This document shows, piece after piece, positions 39,389-49,654 of a DNA stretch of 64,000 nt (its first letter is position 1; the number at the start of each line of letters is the position of its first letter). Source of the DNA: Corallococcus soli. GTDB taxonomy: Bacteria; Myxococcota; Myxococcia; Myxococcales; Myxococcaceae. The translations under genes were made by a program, and so were the position numbers. The stretch spans positions 96,367-160,366 of the forward strand of contig NZ_JAAIYO010000008.1 of assembly GCF_014930455.1 (NCBI RefSeq), given 5' to 3'. The notes beneath the pieces are model-generated. The model saw only the letters and a list, made by a program, of their open reading frames with translations. It was not told the origin of the DNA and did no database searches.

Positions 39389-39674
39389 GGGCGAGGCCGT
39401 AGAAATTCCGGTCGACGGCAACCTCGACCTGCATCTCTTCCAGCCTCGCGACGTGAAGGACCTCGTCACCGAGTACCTCTGGGCCTGCCAGCAGAAGGGC
39501 GTGCTCGACGTGCGCATCATCCACGGCAAGGGCACGGGCGCGCTGCGGCGCACGGTGCAGACGCTGCTGCCCACGCTGCCGGAGGTGGAGGGCTTCCGGA
39601 GCGCCTCGGAGGCGGACGGCGGGTGGGGCGCGACGTGGGTGCGGCTCAAGCCCCTGGGAGGCCAGGGACCTTGA
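39327..39674 (+). CDS. Smr-domain protein
   Basis: LDLH...IIHGKGTGALRRTVQTLL Smr motif. Confidence 0.6.
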   Translation: MTRRKPPLHLPPEGPEPPPDEGEAVEIPVDGNLDLHLFQPRDVKDLVTEYLWACQQKGVLDVRIIHGKGTGALRRTVQTLLPTLPEVEGFRSASEADGGWGATWVRLKPLGGQGP

Positions 39675-39711
39675 GGTCAGGCGACGTCAGGCGACGCCAG
39701 ACACGGCGTGG

Positions 39712-42696
39712 CTACGACAGCCAGAAGTACGCGGACGCGATGAGGGTGCGCTTCTCCGTCACGCGCCCCTTCTGCGCCAGCTCCGCCATCTGCCGGTCCT
39801 TGGCGGCGTAGCGCTTCTCCTCTTCGTTGCGCAGCGACGCCAGCTTGCGCCGGTACTCGCGCTCCATCCGGTCCGAGTGCGCCCGCGCCTTCGCGCGCTC
39901 CGCGGTGTCGTCCACGCCGGCGACTTCCTTGCGCGCTTCAATCCACGTCTGCCGCGCGGCCTCCACCACCTCGCGCGACTCCATCAGGCAGTCCTCGACG
40001 TAGCGGTCCGCGCGCTCACGGGCCTTGTCCAGCTCCAGGGCATTGCGGCGCTCGGCGGCCCGGATCAGCTCATCCTTGGCGGTCATGAGCGACTGCTCTT
40101 GCATGAGCTGGACCGACACCGGCGCGGGCTGGCGGCGCTTCTCTTCCTTGGCGTCGAGCTTCGTGAAGTGGACACCGTCCGTCAGCGGCAGGGCCCGGAA
40201 GCCGCCGTCGCGGTCCTTCACCAGCACCAGGTGCACCAGCTTCTCTTCGGGCTTGAGGCCGGTGATCTCGAACTTGTAGGCGAACCACCAGCCCTCGCAG
40301 CCGGCCAGCCGCGCCAGCCGGGAGGGCAGCCCCGCCGCATCCAGCTGCAGGTAGCTGACGGCGTCCTGGGTGCGGTCGCGCACGGCGTAGGCGGCCTTGG
40401 CCACCTGGAGCCGGCCGGAGGTGCGGCTGCCCAGCACGGAGCCGGTGAGGGCGCGCGCCTCCTGCTGGCGGCGGGCCACCACCTCCTTGGCCTGGTCACC
40501 GGCCACGCGCAGCCGGCGGCGCACGTCGCCGTCGAAGCGCTCCAGCACCACGGACTTCATCTCCGTCATGCGCTGGGTGATGGCGCCTTCCAGCTCCTCG
40601 CGCAGCTTGTCGAAGGCGATGTTGATGTCGGCCGGGTTGCGGCAGGACTGGTAGATGTCCAGCACGCGCCGCTCGAAGTCGACGCCGCTCTCCAGCGCGC
40701 CCAGGATTTCATCCGACGCGCCGAAGACGCCGTCGAAGAGGTTGAGCTTCTTCTCCAGCAGCTCGAACAGGCGCGCGTCCGCCGCGTTCTGCCGGTTGAG
40801 GAAGTTCACCACCAGCACGTCGCGCTGCTGGCCGTAGCGGTGGCAGCGGCCGATCCGCTGCTCCACCCGTTGCGGGTTCCACGGCAGGTCGTAGTTCACG
40901 ACCAGGTTGCAGAACTGGAGGTTCAAGCCCTCCGCGCCCGCCTCGGTGCAGATGAGGATCTGCGTGCGGTTGCGGAAGTCGTCCACCAGGGCCTTGCGCT
41001 CCTCGGGCGTGCTGCCCGAGTCCCCGGACAGCAGCGAGATCTTGTCCTGGTAGCCATGCTCCGACAGCAGGTTGAACAGGTACTGCTGCGTGCGCTTGGA
41101 CTCCGTGAAGATGAGCGCCTTCTCCGGCCAGCTGTGCGTGCGCATCACCGCGAAGGTGCGATCCAGCGCGCGCTTGAGCGCCTCGCCCTTGGCGTTGATG
41201 CGGATGGAGTCCGCCAGGTCCGCGTACTGCCGCAGCTCCCAGACCTCCTGCTCCAGCGTGCGCACGGCGGGGGCCTTGGCGGGGTCGTCGGACCACTCCT
41301 CGCCTTCCTCCACGAACTGCTTGGCCTCTTCCGGCTCGAAGAGGGCCAGGGCCTGCTGGCCCAGGCGCGCGGCCTCCAGGCGCTTCTGGAGGTTCTCCGA
41401 CAGCTTGCGCAGCGTGGGCGCGATGGCGAAGGTGGAGGAGGCCAGCAGCTTGCGGTAGCACAGCGTCAGCAGCGTCTTCTTGCCCGGCTCGATGGCCGCC
41501 ACTTCGGAGCGCTGCAGGTACTCGCTGACCTTCTCGTAGAGGTCGTGCTCCTCGGGGGACGGGTTGAAGTCCTCCACGATGCTGCGGCGGTTGGTGTAGC
41601 GCACGTACTCGCGCACCTGGCGGCGCAGCGTGCGTTGCACCACCGGGGCCAGCCGCTCCTTGAGCTCGCAGGCAGCGGCCTCCGTCATGCCGCCGCCCTC
41701 GTCCGCGCGGTAGCGGCTGCGGAAGGCGTGCTCGGGCCCCAATATCTGCTCGTCCAGCAGCGACATCAGGCCGAACAGCTCCATCAGGTTGTTCTGGAGC
41801 GGCGTCGCGGTGAGCAGCAGCTTGGGCCGGCCCGCGAGCCCTGCGCGCAGCGCCTGCCCCATCTTGTTGTTGGGCCGGTGCGCGTTCCGGAGCCGGTGGG
41901 CCTCGTCGATGATGACCAGGTCCCACGGAATCTCCGCCAGCAGGTTCACGCGGTTGGCGGCGAACGGGTGCGAGCAGATGACGGGGAAGGGCTGGTCGAA
42001 GCAGTTGTTGTGGGCGCGGACGTTGCGGCCGTCCACCAGCACGCTGTCCAGGTCGAACTTCTCACGCAATTCCGCGTTCCACTGCGCGCGCAGCACCGCG
42101 GGCGCCAGGATGAGGATGCGGTTCTTGCCCTCGGCCATGAGCTGGGCGACGACGAGGCCCGCCTCGATGGTCTTCCCCAGGCCCACCTCGTCCGCCAGCA
42201 TGCAGCCGCCGCGCGACAGCGCGTCCATCGCGAACATCGCCGCTTCAACCTGGTGGGGGTTCAGGTCCACCTTCGCTTCGGACAGGGCGTTGGCCAGCCG
42301 CTGCTGCGTGTCACCGCTGCGCGCGAGCAGCTCTTCGGCCAGCAGCCGCTCGTGGAAGGGCGTCAGGGCCGCCGCCACCAGCTCCTCCGCTGCCCGGGCC
42401 GCGACGGCCGCGGCGTCCGCCTCCACCTGCACCCTCAAACCCCTCGCGACCTCCGCCAAGTCCCGCCTCCCATCCGTGGTTTGAAGCGCTCGCGCACGTG
42501 CGCGGACGATTGAGGCGCGCCATTCTGGTGAGCGATCCGCATCTGTAAAGGGGGTCCTCCGCGAGGCCGAAAACTCGGCCTCCGCGCGATTGGCAAGCAC
42601 GCTGTTCGGCGGAGCGTTTCGCGCGCGCTCACGCGTCCGGTGAAATGTTCCAATGCGTGTCCAAAGGTCTTGACGAATGCCCCTGGCACACTCCAC
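39712..42696 (-). CDS. SNF2-family helicase (DEAD-like N + helicase C) with ~450-aa coiled-coil-rich C-terminal extension
   Basis: Motif I LADEVGLGKT, DEAH-box IIDEAHRLRN, and the helicase C motif. 15-bp gap to the upstream DUF58 gene. Confidence 0.85.
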   Translation of the reverse strand: MECARGIRQDLWTRIGTFHRTRERARNAPPNSVLANRAEAEFSASRRTPFTDADRSPEWRASIVRARARALQTTDGRRDLAEVARGLRVQVEADAAAVAARAAEELVAAALTPFHERLLAEELLARSGDTQQRLANALSEAKVDLNPHQVEAAMFAMDALSRGGCMLADEVGLGKTIEAGLVVAQLMAEGKNRILILAPAVLRAQWNAELREKFDLDSVLVDGRNVRAHNNCFDQPFPVICSHPFAANRVNLLAEIPWDLVIIDEAHRLRNAHRPNNKMGQALRAGLAGRPKLLLTATPLQNNLMELFGLMSLLDEQILGPEHAFRSRYRADEGGGMTEAAACELKERLAPVVQRTLRRQVREYVRYTNRRSIVEDFNPSPEEHDLYEKVSEYLQRSEVAAIEPGKKTLLTLCYRKLLASSTFAIAPTLRKLSENLQKRLEAARLGQQALALFEPEEAKQFVEEGEEWSDDPAKAPAVRTLEQEVWELRQYADLADSIRINAKGEALKRALDRTFAVMRTHSWPEKALIFTESKRTQQYLFNLLSEHGYQDKISLLSGDSGSTPEERKALVDDFRNRTQILICTEAGAEGLNLQFCNLVVNYDLPWNPQRVEQRIGRCHRYGQQRDVLVVNFLNRQNAADARLFELLEKKLNLFDGVFGASDEILGALESGVDFERRVLDIYQSCRNPADINIAFDKLREELEGAITQRMTEMKSVVLERFDGDVRRRLRVAGDQAKEVVARRQQEARALTGSVLGSRTSGRLQVAKAAYAVRDRTQDAVSYLQLDAAGLPSRLARLAGCEGWWFAYKFEITGLKPEEKLVHLVLVKDRDGGFRALPLTDGVHFTKLDAKEEKRRQPAPVSVQLMQEQSLMTAKDELIRAAERRNALELDKARERADRYVEDCLMESREVVEAARQTWIEARKEVAGVDDTAERAKARAHSDRMEREYRRKLASLRNEEEKRYAAKDRQMAELAQKGRVTEKRTLIASAYFWLS

Positions 42697-42711
42697 GGAG
42701 CCGCGCGTGTT

Positions 42712-44046
42712 TCAGAGCCGCCCGCGCGCCTTCACGTCCAGGTACGCGTTGAGCGCGGCGGCGCCGAACGCGCGGGCCGGCGCGCGAACCACCAGGGCCC
42801 CGGCGTCCCGCAGCGTGGTGGCGGTGCGGCGGTATTCGGCCTCCATTCGCACGGCGACCTGGCGCGCGTAGGCGGCCGTCGCGTCGCCGGGCACGTCGGT
42901 GGCGGCGGCCTCCAGGTCCTCATCCAGCAGCGAGGCGACGACGGGCAGGTGCCGGGGCCGCAGGGCCAGCGTGCGCGTGAGGAGCGTGGCGGACGCGTCC
43001 GGATCCACCAGGTCGGTGAAGAGCACCACCAGCGCGCGGCGCGTCTGGCGGGCGAAGGCGAAGTCGAACGCGCGGCCGTAGTCGCTCTCCACCAGGCCGG
43101 CCTCGGCGCGGTAGAGGGACTCGGTGATGAGGCGCAGGTGTTCGGCGCCCTTGCGCGGGGGGAGGAAGGCGCGCACGTCGCTGGCGAAGGCCACGACGCC
43201 CACCACGTCGCCCGCGTCCAGGCTCACGCGCGCGAGCCTCAGCGCCGCGTCCACCGCGTGGTCCAGCTTGCGCCGCCCCTGCACGCGGCCCGCCATGTGA
43301 CGGCCGCAGTCCAGCAGCAGCAGCACCGGCTGGTGACGCTCCGGTTGCCACGTGCGCACCAGCGTGTGGCCGTGGCGCGCGGAGGACTTCCAGTCGATGT
43401 GGCGGAAGTCGTCGCCCGGGCGGTACTCGCGCAGGGACTCGAACTCGCGTCCCTCCATGGCCTTGCGGCGCTGCGTGCGCGCGGACACGGCCTCCGACGC
43501 GCGCGCCAGCGTCAGCGCTTCGCGCGAGAGGGCGCTCAGGTCCGGATACACCTTCACGTCCCGGGACGCGGGCAGGCGCACCTGCCGCGAGCACAGGCCC
43601 AGCGGCCCCAGCAGGCGCAGGTGCACGTCCCCGAAGCGCGCATCGCCCCGCGACGGCGGACGCACGCGGTACGTCAGCAGGGTGGGGGACGCGCCGGCCT
43701 CCAGCGTGAAGGGCTGGCGGTGGCCGTGGCTCTCCACGTCCAGGGGCGGCTCGTCGCGCAGCTCACCGCGCACGGCGCCGTCGGTGCGCGCGTGCAGCAC
43801 CCAGCGCACGGCGTTGTCCACGCCGGAGGAGAGGATGGGCTCCACCTCACGGCGCGCTTCGACGTGCTCCGCCCGGGGGGCGCGCGCGAAGTCCACCGCG
43901 CACAGCAGCAGGACGGCGACGTCCACCGCGAGCGCCAGCCAACCGAACGCGGGGCTCGCCACCGTGAGCGCCGCGGGCACGAGCGCCCCGGCGAACAGCG
44001 CCACGGCGAGGCCGGTGGGGACGGGACGCCCGACGCTCACCGGGGC
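42712..44046 (-). CDS. DUF58 family protein (VWA-like; MoxR partner) with two N-terminal TM helices
   Basis: [22 protein letters not shown]58 signature. Probable GTG start at 44046 overlapping the MoxR stop. Confidence 0.75.
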   Translation of the reverse strand, partial: APVSVGRPVPTGLAVALFAGALVPAALTVASPAFGWLALAVDVAVLLLCAVDFARAPRAEHVEARREVEPILSSGVDNAVRWVLHARTDGAVRGELRDEPPLDVESHGHRQPFTLEAGASPTLLTYRVRPPSRGDARFGDVHLRLLGPLGLCSRQVRLPASRDVKVYPDLSALSREALTLARASEAVSARTQRRKAMEGREFESLREYRPGDDFRHIDWKSSARHGHTLVRTWQPERHQPVLLLLDCGRHMAGRVQGRRKLDHAVDAALRLARVSLDAGDVVGVVAFASDVRAFLPPRKGAEHLRLITESLYRAEAGLVESDYGRAFDFAFARQTRRALVVLFTDLVDPDASATLLTRTLALRPRHLPVVASLLDEDLEAAATDVPGDATAAYARQVAVRMEAEYRRTATTLRDAGALVVRAPARAFGAAALNAYLDVKARGRL

Positions 44047-44972
44047 ACTCGCACCCGTTCGAGCATCTGCCGGAGGACGTCGTCCGCGGTGACGCCTTCC
44101 ACCTCCGCCTCGGCCTTGAGCAGGAGGCGGTGGTTGAGGACGCTGGAGGCCACGGCCTTCACGTCGTCCGGGGTGACGAAGTCGGTGCCCTTGAGCGCCG
44201 CGTGCGCCTTGGAGGCCGCGAGCAGGGCCTGCGCCGCGCGGGGGCTCGCGCCCAGGCGCACGCGCGGGTGGGCCCGGGTGTCGCGCACCAGCTGCACGAC
44301 GTACTGGAGGATGGAGTCGTCGCACGCGACGCGGGCCGCGCGGTCCTGGAGCTCCGTCAGCGTGGCGGCATCCAGCACGCGCGACACGCCGGGCGGCTTG
44401 CCCTCGCGCTGGTGGTAGGCGCGCAGGAGCGACGTCTCCGAGTCCGCGTCCGGGTAGCCCACGCGCACGCGCATGAGGAAGCGATCCAGCTGCGCCTCGG
44501 GGAGGGGATAGGTGCCCTCCAGCTCCAGCGGGTTCTGCGTGGCGACGACGAAGAAGTGCGGCGGCAGCGCGTGGGTGACGCCGTCGATGGTGACCTGCCG
44601 CTCCTCCATGGCCTCCAGCAGCGCCGCCTGCGTCTTGGGCGGGGTGCGGTTGATCTCATCCGCGACCAGGACCTCCGTGAAGACGGGGCCCTTCATCAGG
44701 CGGAAGGACTGGGACTGGGGCTGGAAGATGTTGGTGCCCAGGATGTCCGCGGGCATCAGGTCCGGCGTGAACTGCACGCGGGAGAAGGACAGCCCCAGGG
44801 CGCCGGCCATGCTGCGCGCGGTGAGCGTCTTGGCGACGCCGGGCACGCCCTCCAGCAGCACGTGGCCCCGCGCGAGGAAGGCCGTCACCAGGTCGGCGAG
44901 GACGCGGGGCTGGCCCACGACGGCCGAGCCCAGCGCATCGAGGAGGCGGGAGAGGGGCGTGGCGTCGGACAT
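44037..44972 (-). CDS. MoxR-family AAA+ ATPase
   Basis: Walker [12 protein letters not shown] plus the MoxR AAA_3 architecture. Confidence 0.9.
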   Translation of the reverse strand: MSDATPLSRLLDALGSAVVGQPRVLADLVTAFLARGHVLLEGVPGVAKTLTARSMAGALGLSFSRVQFTPDLMPADILGTNIFQPQSQSFRLMKGPVFTEVLVADEINRTPPKTQAALLEAMEERQVTIDGVTHALPPHFFVVATQNPLELEGTYPLPEAQLDRFLMRVRVGYPDADSETSLLRAYHQREGKPPGVSRVLDAATLTELQDRAARVACDDSILQYVVQLVRDTRAHPRVRLGASPRAAQALLAASKAHAALKGTDFVTPDDVKAVASSVLNHRLLLKAEAEVEGVTADDVLRQMLERVRVPR

Positions 44973-45048
44973 GGTGGCCGGCGACGGTAGCCCGCCTCCC
45001 GGCCGGCACGGCAGCGAAATCCTCGCCGCCGGGGCCCGTGGCCAATCG

Positions 45049-46041
45049 CTAATCCGCCGGGCGGCGCAGGCCCATCAGGCTCCCGAGCAGCGCGACCACC
45101 GCGCCCAGCACGCCCAGGAAACAGCCGATGCTCGGCGATGAGTTCATCATCTCCGAGTTGCCGAGCGGCGACGGCACCATGTGCGTGTCCGACGACAGCT
45201 TCAGGAAGACGAGCGACCAGACGAGACAGATGACGCTGCTCGCCGTCTGCGCGCCCCACGGCAACATGGGGTTCACCCAGGCCATGGTGTTGCGCACCCG
45301 GATGCCGACGAACACCATCGTGGAGACGGCGAAGAGGAACGAGATGAAGCCCAGGCTGATGAGGCCCAGGAAGTCCCCGTCCTCGGCCGTCTCCTTCCAG
45401 GGCATGAAGCAGGAGAGCACCACCAGCGCCGCGCCCCAGAAGGCGATGCGGTCCGCGCCCTCCAGCTCGCCCAGGAACGAGCGCGCGTCGGCCAGCAGGA
45501 CCTCCGGATCCTCGATGGGGGCCCGGCTGGCGCCCGGGTCGCGCCCTTCGCGAGCCCAGGGGTCGGACGCGCCGCCGTCGGAGTCCAGGTCGTCCTCGTC
45601 GCGGGACACGGGGGCCGGGGCGGGAGCGCGGCGGGCGGCGGTGCTTCGCGCCGGAGCGGCCTTCGCGGCGGGCCCGCTGCGCGTCGGGGGACGCGCAGCG
45701 CGCTCCTTGGCGATGTCGTCCATGCTCCGCACGTTGGTGGAGTCATCGCTGGACGGCGGGGCCGCACGGGCGCCCGGTTTGGGACGGGCCGGGGCCGGGC
45801 GCGCGCGCGGGACGGGGGCGGAGGGGCGCGACTTCGGCTGCGGTCCGACCCCGGTGCTCACGTCATCGGCAGCCTCTTCCTCGGCGCCCGCGAGGAAGGA
45901 CTGGTCGATGATGTAGTCACATTCGGGGCAGATGGCGGTGTCGTCCGCGACCTTGCTGTTGCAGCCTGGGCAGTTCAGGGCCGGTGCTCCGGGAGGGGGG
46001 AACGGCCCGGCATCTTCCCGGCCCTCGCGCGCGCGTGTCAA
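45049..46041 (-). CDS. Membrane protein with N-terminal double zinc-ribbon (CPGC...CPEC), disordered linker, and 4 C-terminal TM helices
   Basis: 330-aa ORF. 76 bp upstream of moxR on the same strand. Confidence 0.6.
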   Translation of the reverse strand: MTRAREGREDAGPFPPPGAPALNCPGCNSKVADDTAICPECDYIIDQSFLAGAEEEAADDVSTGVGPQPKSRPSAPVPRARPAPARPKPGARAAPPSSDDSTNVRSMDDIAKERAARPPTRSGPAAKAAPARSTAARRAPAPAPVSRDEDDLDSDGGASDPWAREGRDPGASRAPIEDPEVLLADARSFLGELEGADRIAFWGAALVVLSCFMPWKETAEDGDFLGLISLGFISFLFAVSTMVFVGIRVRNTMAWVNPMLPWGAQTASSVICLVWSLVFLKLSSDTHMVPSPLGNSEMMNSSPSIGCFLGVLGAVVALLGSLMGLRRPAD

Positions 46042-46100
46042 ACCCGTTCAGCGCCATAACCCCTGGATTTTCGCGGGGAATTGACCTACCCCCTCCCGAC

Positions 46101-48275
46101 ATGGCCCGTCTGCCCGCCGCCGTGTCCACTGGCCTCCTCCTGTTGACCGCGTGTGTGCGCGCGGTGCCGCCGACCGACGTGGGAGGGCCTCCAGATGCCA
46201 CCCTGGAGCGGATCGCGGACTGGGAGGACCGCCGCTCGCTGGGTGGGGGAGAACTCGTACGACTCGCCACGGTGGCCCCGGACCCGGCGGTCCGGCGCCG
46301 TGCCCTGCGGGCGCTCGCGCGCATCCAGGACGTGACGACGCTGGACGCGGTGCGCTCCGGCCTGACGGCCCCGGACGCGACCGTGCGCGACGAAGCGGCG
46401 TTCGCGGCGGGGGAGCTGGGGTTGTCGTGGGAGCCCCTGCCGGACGAGGCCCGGGTGGCGCTGACCGACGCCCTGGTCCAGGCCGAGTCCACGGAGGCCG
46501 ACGCCACGGTGCGCGCCACGCTGCTGGAGTCGCTGGGCAAGCTGGCCACGCCCGGCGCGGTGGAGGCGCTGACGGCGCGCCTGTCCCCGCTGGACGGTGT
46601 CTGGGCGGCGCCCGCGGCGAAGGCCCTGGGCGTGGCGGCGCGCAAGGCCGGGGCTCCCTCGGTGGCGGGGGTGCCCCTGCCGACGATGGTGGCGCTGACG
46701 CAGCCCGAGCGTCCCCAGGTGGTGCGCTACGGCGGTGCCTACCTGCTGGCGACGGCGAAGCGCCCGGACGCGGTGCCCGCGTTGCGAGCCTGCGCGGGTG
46801 ACGCGGATCCGGACGTGCGGGCGCTCTGTGCGAAGGGGCTGGGGGACGTGGGCGGAGCCGCTGACACGCAGGTGTTGGCGCCGTTGCTCGAAGACGCGAC
46901 GCCGCGCGTGGCGGCGGAGGCGGCGCGGACGCTGGCGAAGTGGGGGGCGAAGTGCCCGCCCGAAGAAGGGTCCCGGTGCCTTCCCCTGAGCGCCCTGGCC
47001 ACGCTCGAAGGCAAGGTGTCGCGGGTGGCCTCGGGGAACGCGGCGCAGGCCCATGCCCTGCTGGCGGTCGCGCAGCAGGGGCTGCCGGTCAGCGGTCAGC
47101 CCCTGTTGAGCCGCTTCCGCCGTGCGCTGGCGGACGCCGACCGGAGCGCGGTGTCCGACGAAGCGCGCGAGGATCTCGCGTGGCTGGACTGCCGGTTCGC
47201 CGCGGCGATGGACCGACAGACGGGCGAGCTGGCGCAGGTCCGTGGGTGCGGCTTCGGCCGGGTCTCCGAACCCCGGCGCCTGTCGCTGGGCCTGCACGAG
47301 GTGGCGCGCTTCACGCCAGCGGCTTCCGTGGCGTCGGGCCACGGCGCCCCAACGTCCGGTGCCGCGTCCTCCGTCGCATCACCGCCGGGCAAGAGCGGCC
47401 TCTCCGCCGGTGCCGCCTTCGCGGTGCCGCTGCTGAACCACGAAAGTCCCCTGGTGCGCGGCGCGGCGCTGGACGCGCTGTCCGAGCGACCGGTGCCGGA
47501 AGCCTCGGCCCCGGTGCGGGCCCTCATCGCGGGAGACGACGCGGTGGTGGCGGGGCTCGCCGCAGCCACGGCGGGCAAGCTGAAGGACACCGGGGCGCTG
47601 CCCGCGGTGGAGGCCCTGGCGGCGCGCGTGCCCGGTGAGCCGGACCTCGCGGAGTCGGTTGCGGGCGCGCTCGTCGCGTTGCAGGGACGGGCCGCCGAAC
47701 CCCGGCTGCGGGAGTGGCTCGCCCACCCGCACGCGAACGTCCGGCGGGTGGCGGCCGAATCGCTCACGACGCTGACGGGCGCCCCGGTGCGCTCATCCCG
47801 CGTGGAGCTGCCCGCGGACACCTACCGTCCCCCGGCCGCGCCCCCGGGCACGACGCTCACGCTGCGCACGCGCAAGGGGGACATCACCGTCCTGCTGGAC
47901 CCCGACGCGCCGCTCACGGGGGGCAACCTGGTGGCGCTCGCGAAGCGGGGCTACTTCCGGGGCATCACCTTCCACCGCGTGGTGCCGGACTTCGTCGCGC
48001 AGGGGGGAGATCCGCGCGGAGACGGGGAGGGCGGCCCGGGGCACTCCATCCGCTGCGAGATGACGCGCCGGCCGTACACGCGCGGCGTCGTGGGCATGGC
48101 GCTGTCGGGCAAGGACACCGGCGGCAGCCAGTTCTTCTTCACGCACGCGCCGCAGCCCCACCTGGACGGCCGCTACACGGTGTTCGGCCAGGTCGTCGCC
48201 GGCATGGACACCGTGGACGCGCTGCTGGAGGGCACGGTCATCGACGACGTCACCGTCGGCACCCGCGCTCCGTAG
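46101..48275 (+). CDS. HEAT-repeat lipoprotein fused to a C-terminal cyclophilin-type peptidyl-prolyl isomerase
   Basis: Lipobox LLLLTAC. Multiple HEAT/PBS-lyase-like repeats. C-terminal cyclophilin core (FHRVVPDFVAQGGD...GGSQFFFTH). Confidence 0.8.
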   Translation: MARLPAAVSTGLLLLTACVRAVPPTDVGGPPDATLERIADWEDRRSLGGGELVRLATVAPDPAVRRRALRALARIQDVTTLDAVRSGLTAPDATVRDEAAFAAGELGLSWEPLPDEARVALTDALVQAESTEADATVRATLLESLGKLATPGAVEALTARLSPLDGVWAAPAAKALGVAARKAGAPSVAGVPLPTMVALTQPERPQVVRYGGAYLLATAKRPDAVPALRACAGDADPDVRALCAKGLGDVGGAADTQVLAPLLEDATPRVAAEAARTLAKWGAKCPPEEGSRCLPLSALATLEGKVSRVASGNAAQAHALLAVAQQGLPVSGQPLLSRFRRALADADRSAVSDEAREDLAWLDCRFAAAMDRQTGELAQVRGCGFGRVSEPRRLSLGLHEVARFTPAASVASGHGAPTSGAASSVASPPGKSGLSAGAAFAVPLLNHESPLVRGAALDALSERPVPEASAPVRALIAGDDAVVAGLAAATAGKLKDTGALPAVEALAARVPGEPDLAESVAGALVALQGRAAEPRLREWLAHPHANVRRVAAESLTTLTGAPVRSSRVELPADTYRPPAAPPGTTLTLRTRKGDITVLLDPDAPLTGGNLVALAKRGYFRGITFHRVVPDFVAQGGDPRGDGEGGPGHSIRCEMTRRPYTRGVVGMALSGKDTGGSQFFFTHAPQPHLDGRYTVFGQVVAGMDTVDALLEGTVIDDVTVGTRAP

Positions 48276-48285
48276 GACGCGGGCC

Positions 48286-49407
48286 TCAGGCCCCGCTGGC
48301 GCGCGCGGGCTCCGTCTCGCCCTTCGCGTTGAGCTGTCCGCCGTTCCAGCGGCGGTCCTCCGCCTCCTCCATCACCTCCACCTCGCGGCGGATGCGGGCC
48401 CACTCGGTCTCCGGCAGGTTCAGGAAGGCCTCCGCGAGCGCCGGGTCGAACTGCGTGCCCGCGCAGCGGCGGACCTCGTCGCGCGCCACGCTCATGGGGC
48501 GGCCCTTGCGGTAGGGGCGGTCGGACGTGATGGCGTCCAGCGTGTCCACGAGACAGAAGATGCGCGCGCCCACGACGATGTCCTCGCCCTTGAGCCCCAG
48601 CGGGTAGCCCTTGCCGTCCCAGCGCTCCTGGTGCTGCAGGACGATGAGCGCCGCCTCGTGCAGGTAGGGCATCTTCGCCAGCATCCGGTAGCCGAACTCC
48701 GGGTGCTGCTTCATCTCCACCCACTCGTCCGGCGTCAGCGGGCCGGGCTTGAGCAGGATGGAGTCACGCACGCCAATCTTTCCAATGTCGTGCAGCAGCG
48801 CGCCCTGCTCCACCACGTCCAGCGCGGGGCCCGTGAGGCCAATCTCCTGCGCCAGCCGCCGCGCGTACAGCGACACGCGCCGCGAATGCCACTGCGTCTC
48901 CGTGTCCCGGTAGTCCAGCGCGCTGATGAGCCCGTCCAGGAGCCCCGCGGTGCGCTCGATGACCCGGCGCTCCAGGTCCTGGTTGATCTCCAGCAGCTCC
49001 TCGTTCTTGTCCGCCACCTCGCGCGTCAGCCGCTCGTTGGCCTCCACCAGCCGGCGGTGCTCCACCGCCTGCCGCACGCTGCTCGTCAGCTCGCTCAGCG
49101 CCCACGGCTTGCCCAGCAGGCGGAACACCTCGCCCCGGTTCACCGCCTCCGACGCCGTCTTGAAGTCCGCCGCCGCCGTCAACATCAGCCGCACCGCCCG
49201 GGGGTTCTTCTCCCGGAGCGCCGCCAGCAGCTCGACGCCGTTGAGGTACGGCATCATGAAGTCCGTCAGCACCACGTCGAAGCCCTGCTCCCGCGCCGCC
49301 TGCATGGGGTCGCTGTGGGTCACGACCTCGTAACCTTCCGCCTGCAGGATGCGAGACAGCGCCGAGAGGATCAGCACGTCGTCGTCCACCACGAGGATTC
49401 GGGCCAT
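48286..49407 (-). CDS. Response regulator with HD-GYP phosphodiesterase domain (RpfG-like)
   Basis: Receiver domain (ILVVDDD...D). HD-GYP motifs HHERWDGKGYP. Confidence 0.85.
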   Translation of the reverse strand: MARILVVDDDVLILSALSRILQAEGYEVVTHSDPMQAAREQGFDVVLTDFMMPYLNGVELLAALREKNPRAVRLMLTAAADFKTASEAVNRGEVFRLLGKPWALSELTSSVRQAVEHRRLVEANERLTREVADKNEELLEINQDLERRVIERTAGLLDGLISALDYRDTETQWHSRRVSLYARRLAQEIGLTGPALDVVEQGALLHDIGKIGVRDSILLKPGPLTPDEWVEMKQHPEFGYRMLAKMPYLHEAALIVLQHQERWDGKGYPLGLKGEDIVVGARIFCLVDTLDAITSDRPYRKGRPMSVARDEVRRCAGTQFDPALAEAFLNLPETEWARIRREVEVMEEAEDRRWNGGQLNAKGETEPARASGA

Positions 49408-49654
49408 GGGTGCGTACACTCCGAGTGAGTGGGGCTGCGCGATTCTCAAAGTCTTATACCGGGTTCGGGAGCGGCCAGACAGGCCCCCCCAAGCTTTCCA
49501 GTACCGCTAAACCACCGGAATCCTTGAAGATTCACCGTAACCCGTGCTCGCCGGACTCCACGTCACGCTTGCCTGCCTGCGGAGGCGTGTTCTATGGTGC
49601 GTCCCTACCCGCCGTAAATGCTTGTAACCCCTTGGAATTCGGGAGCAATTTCCG

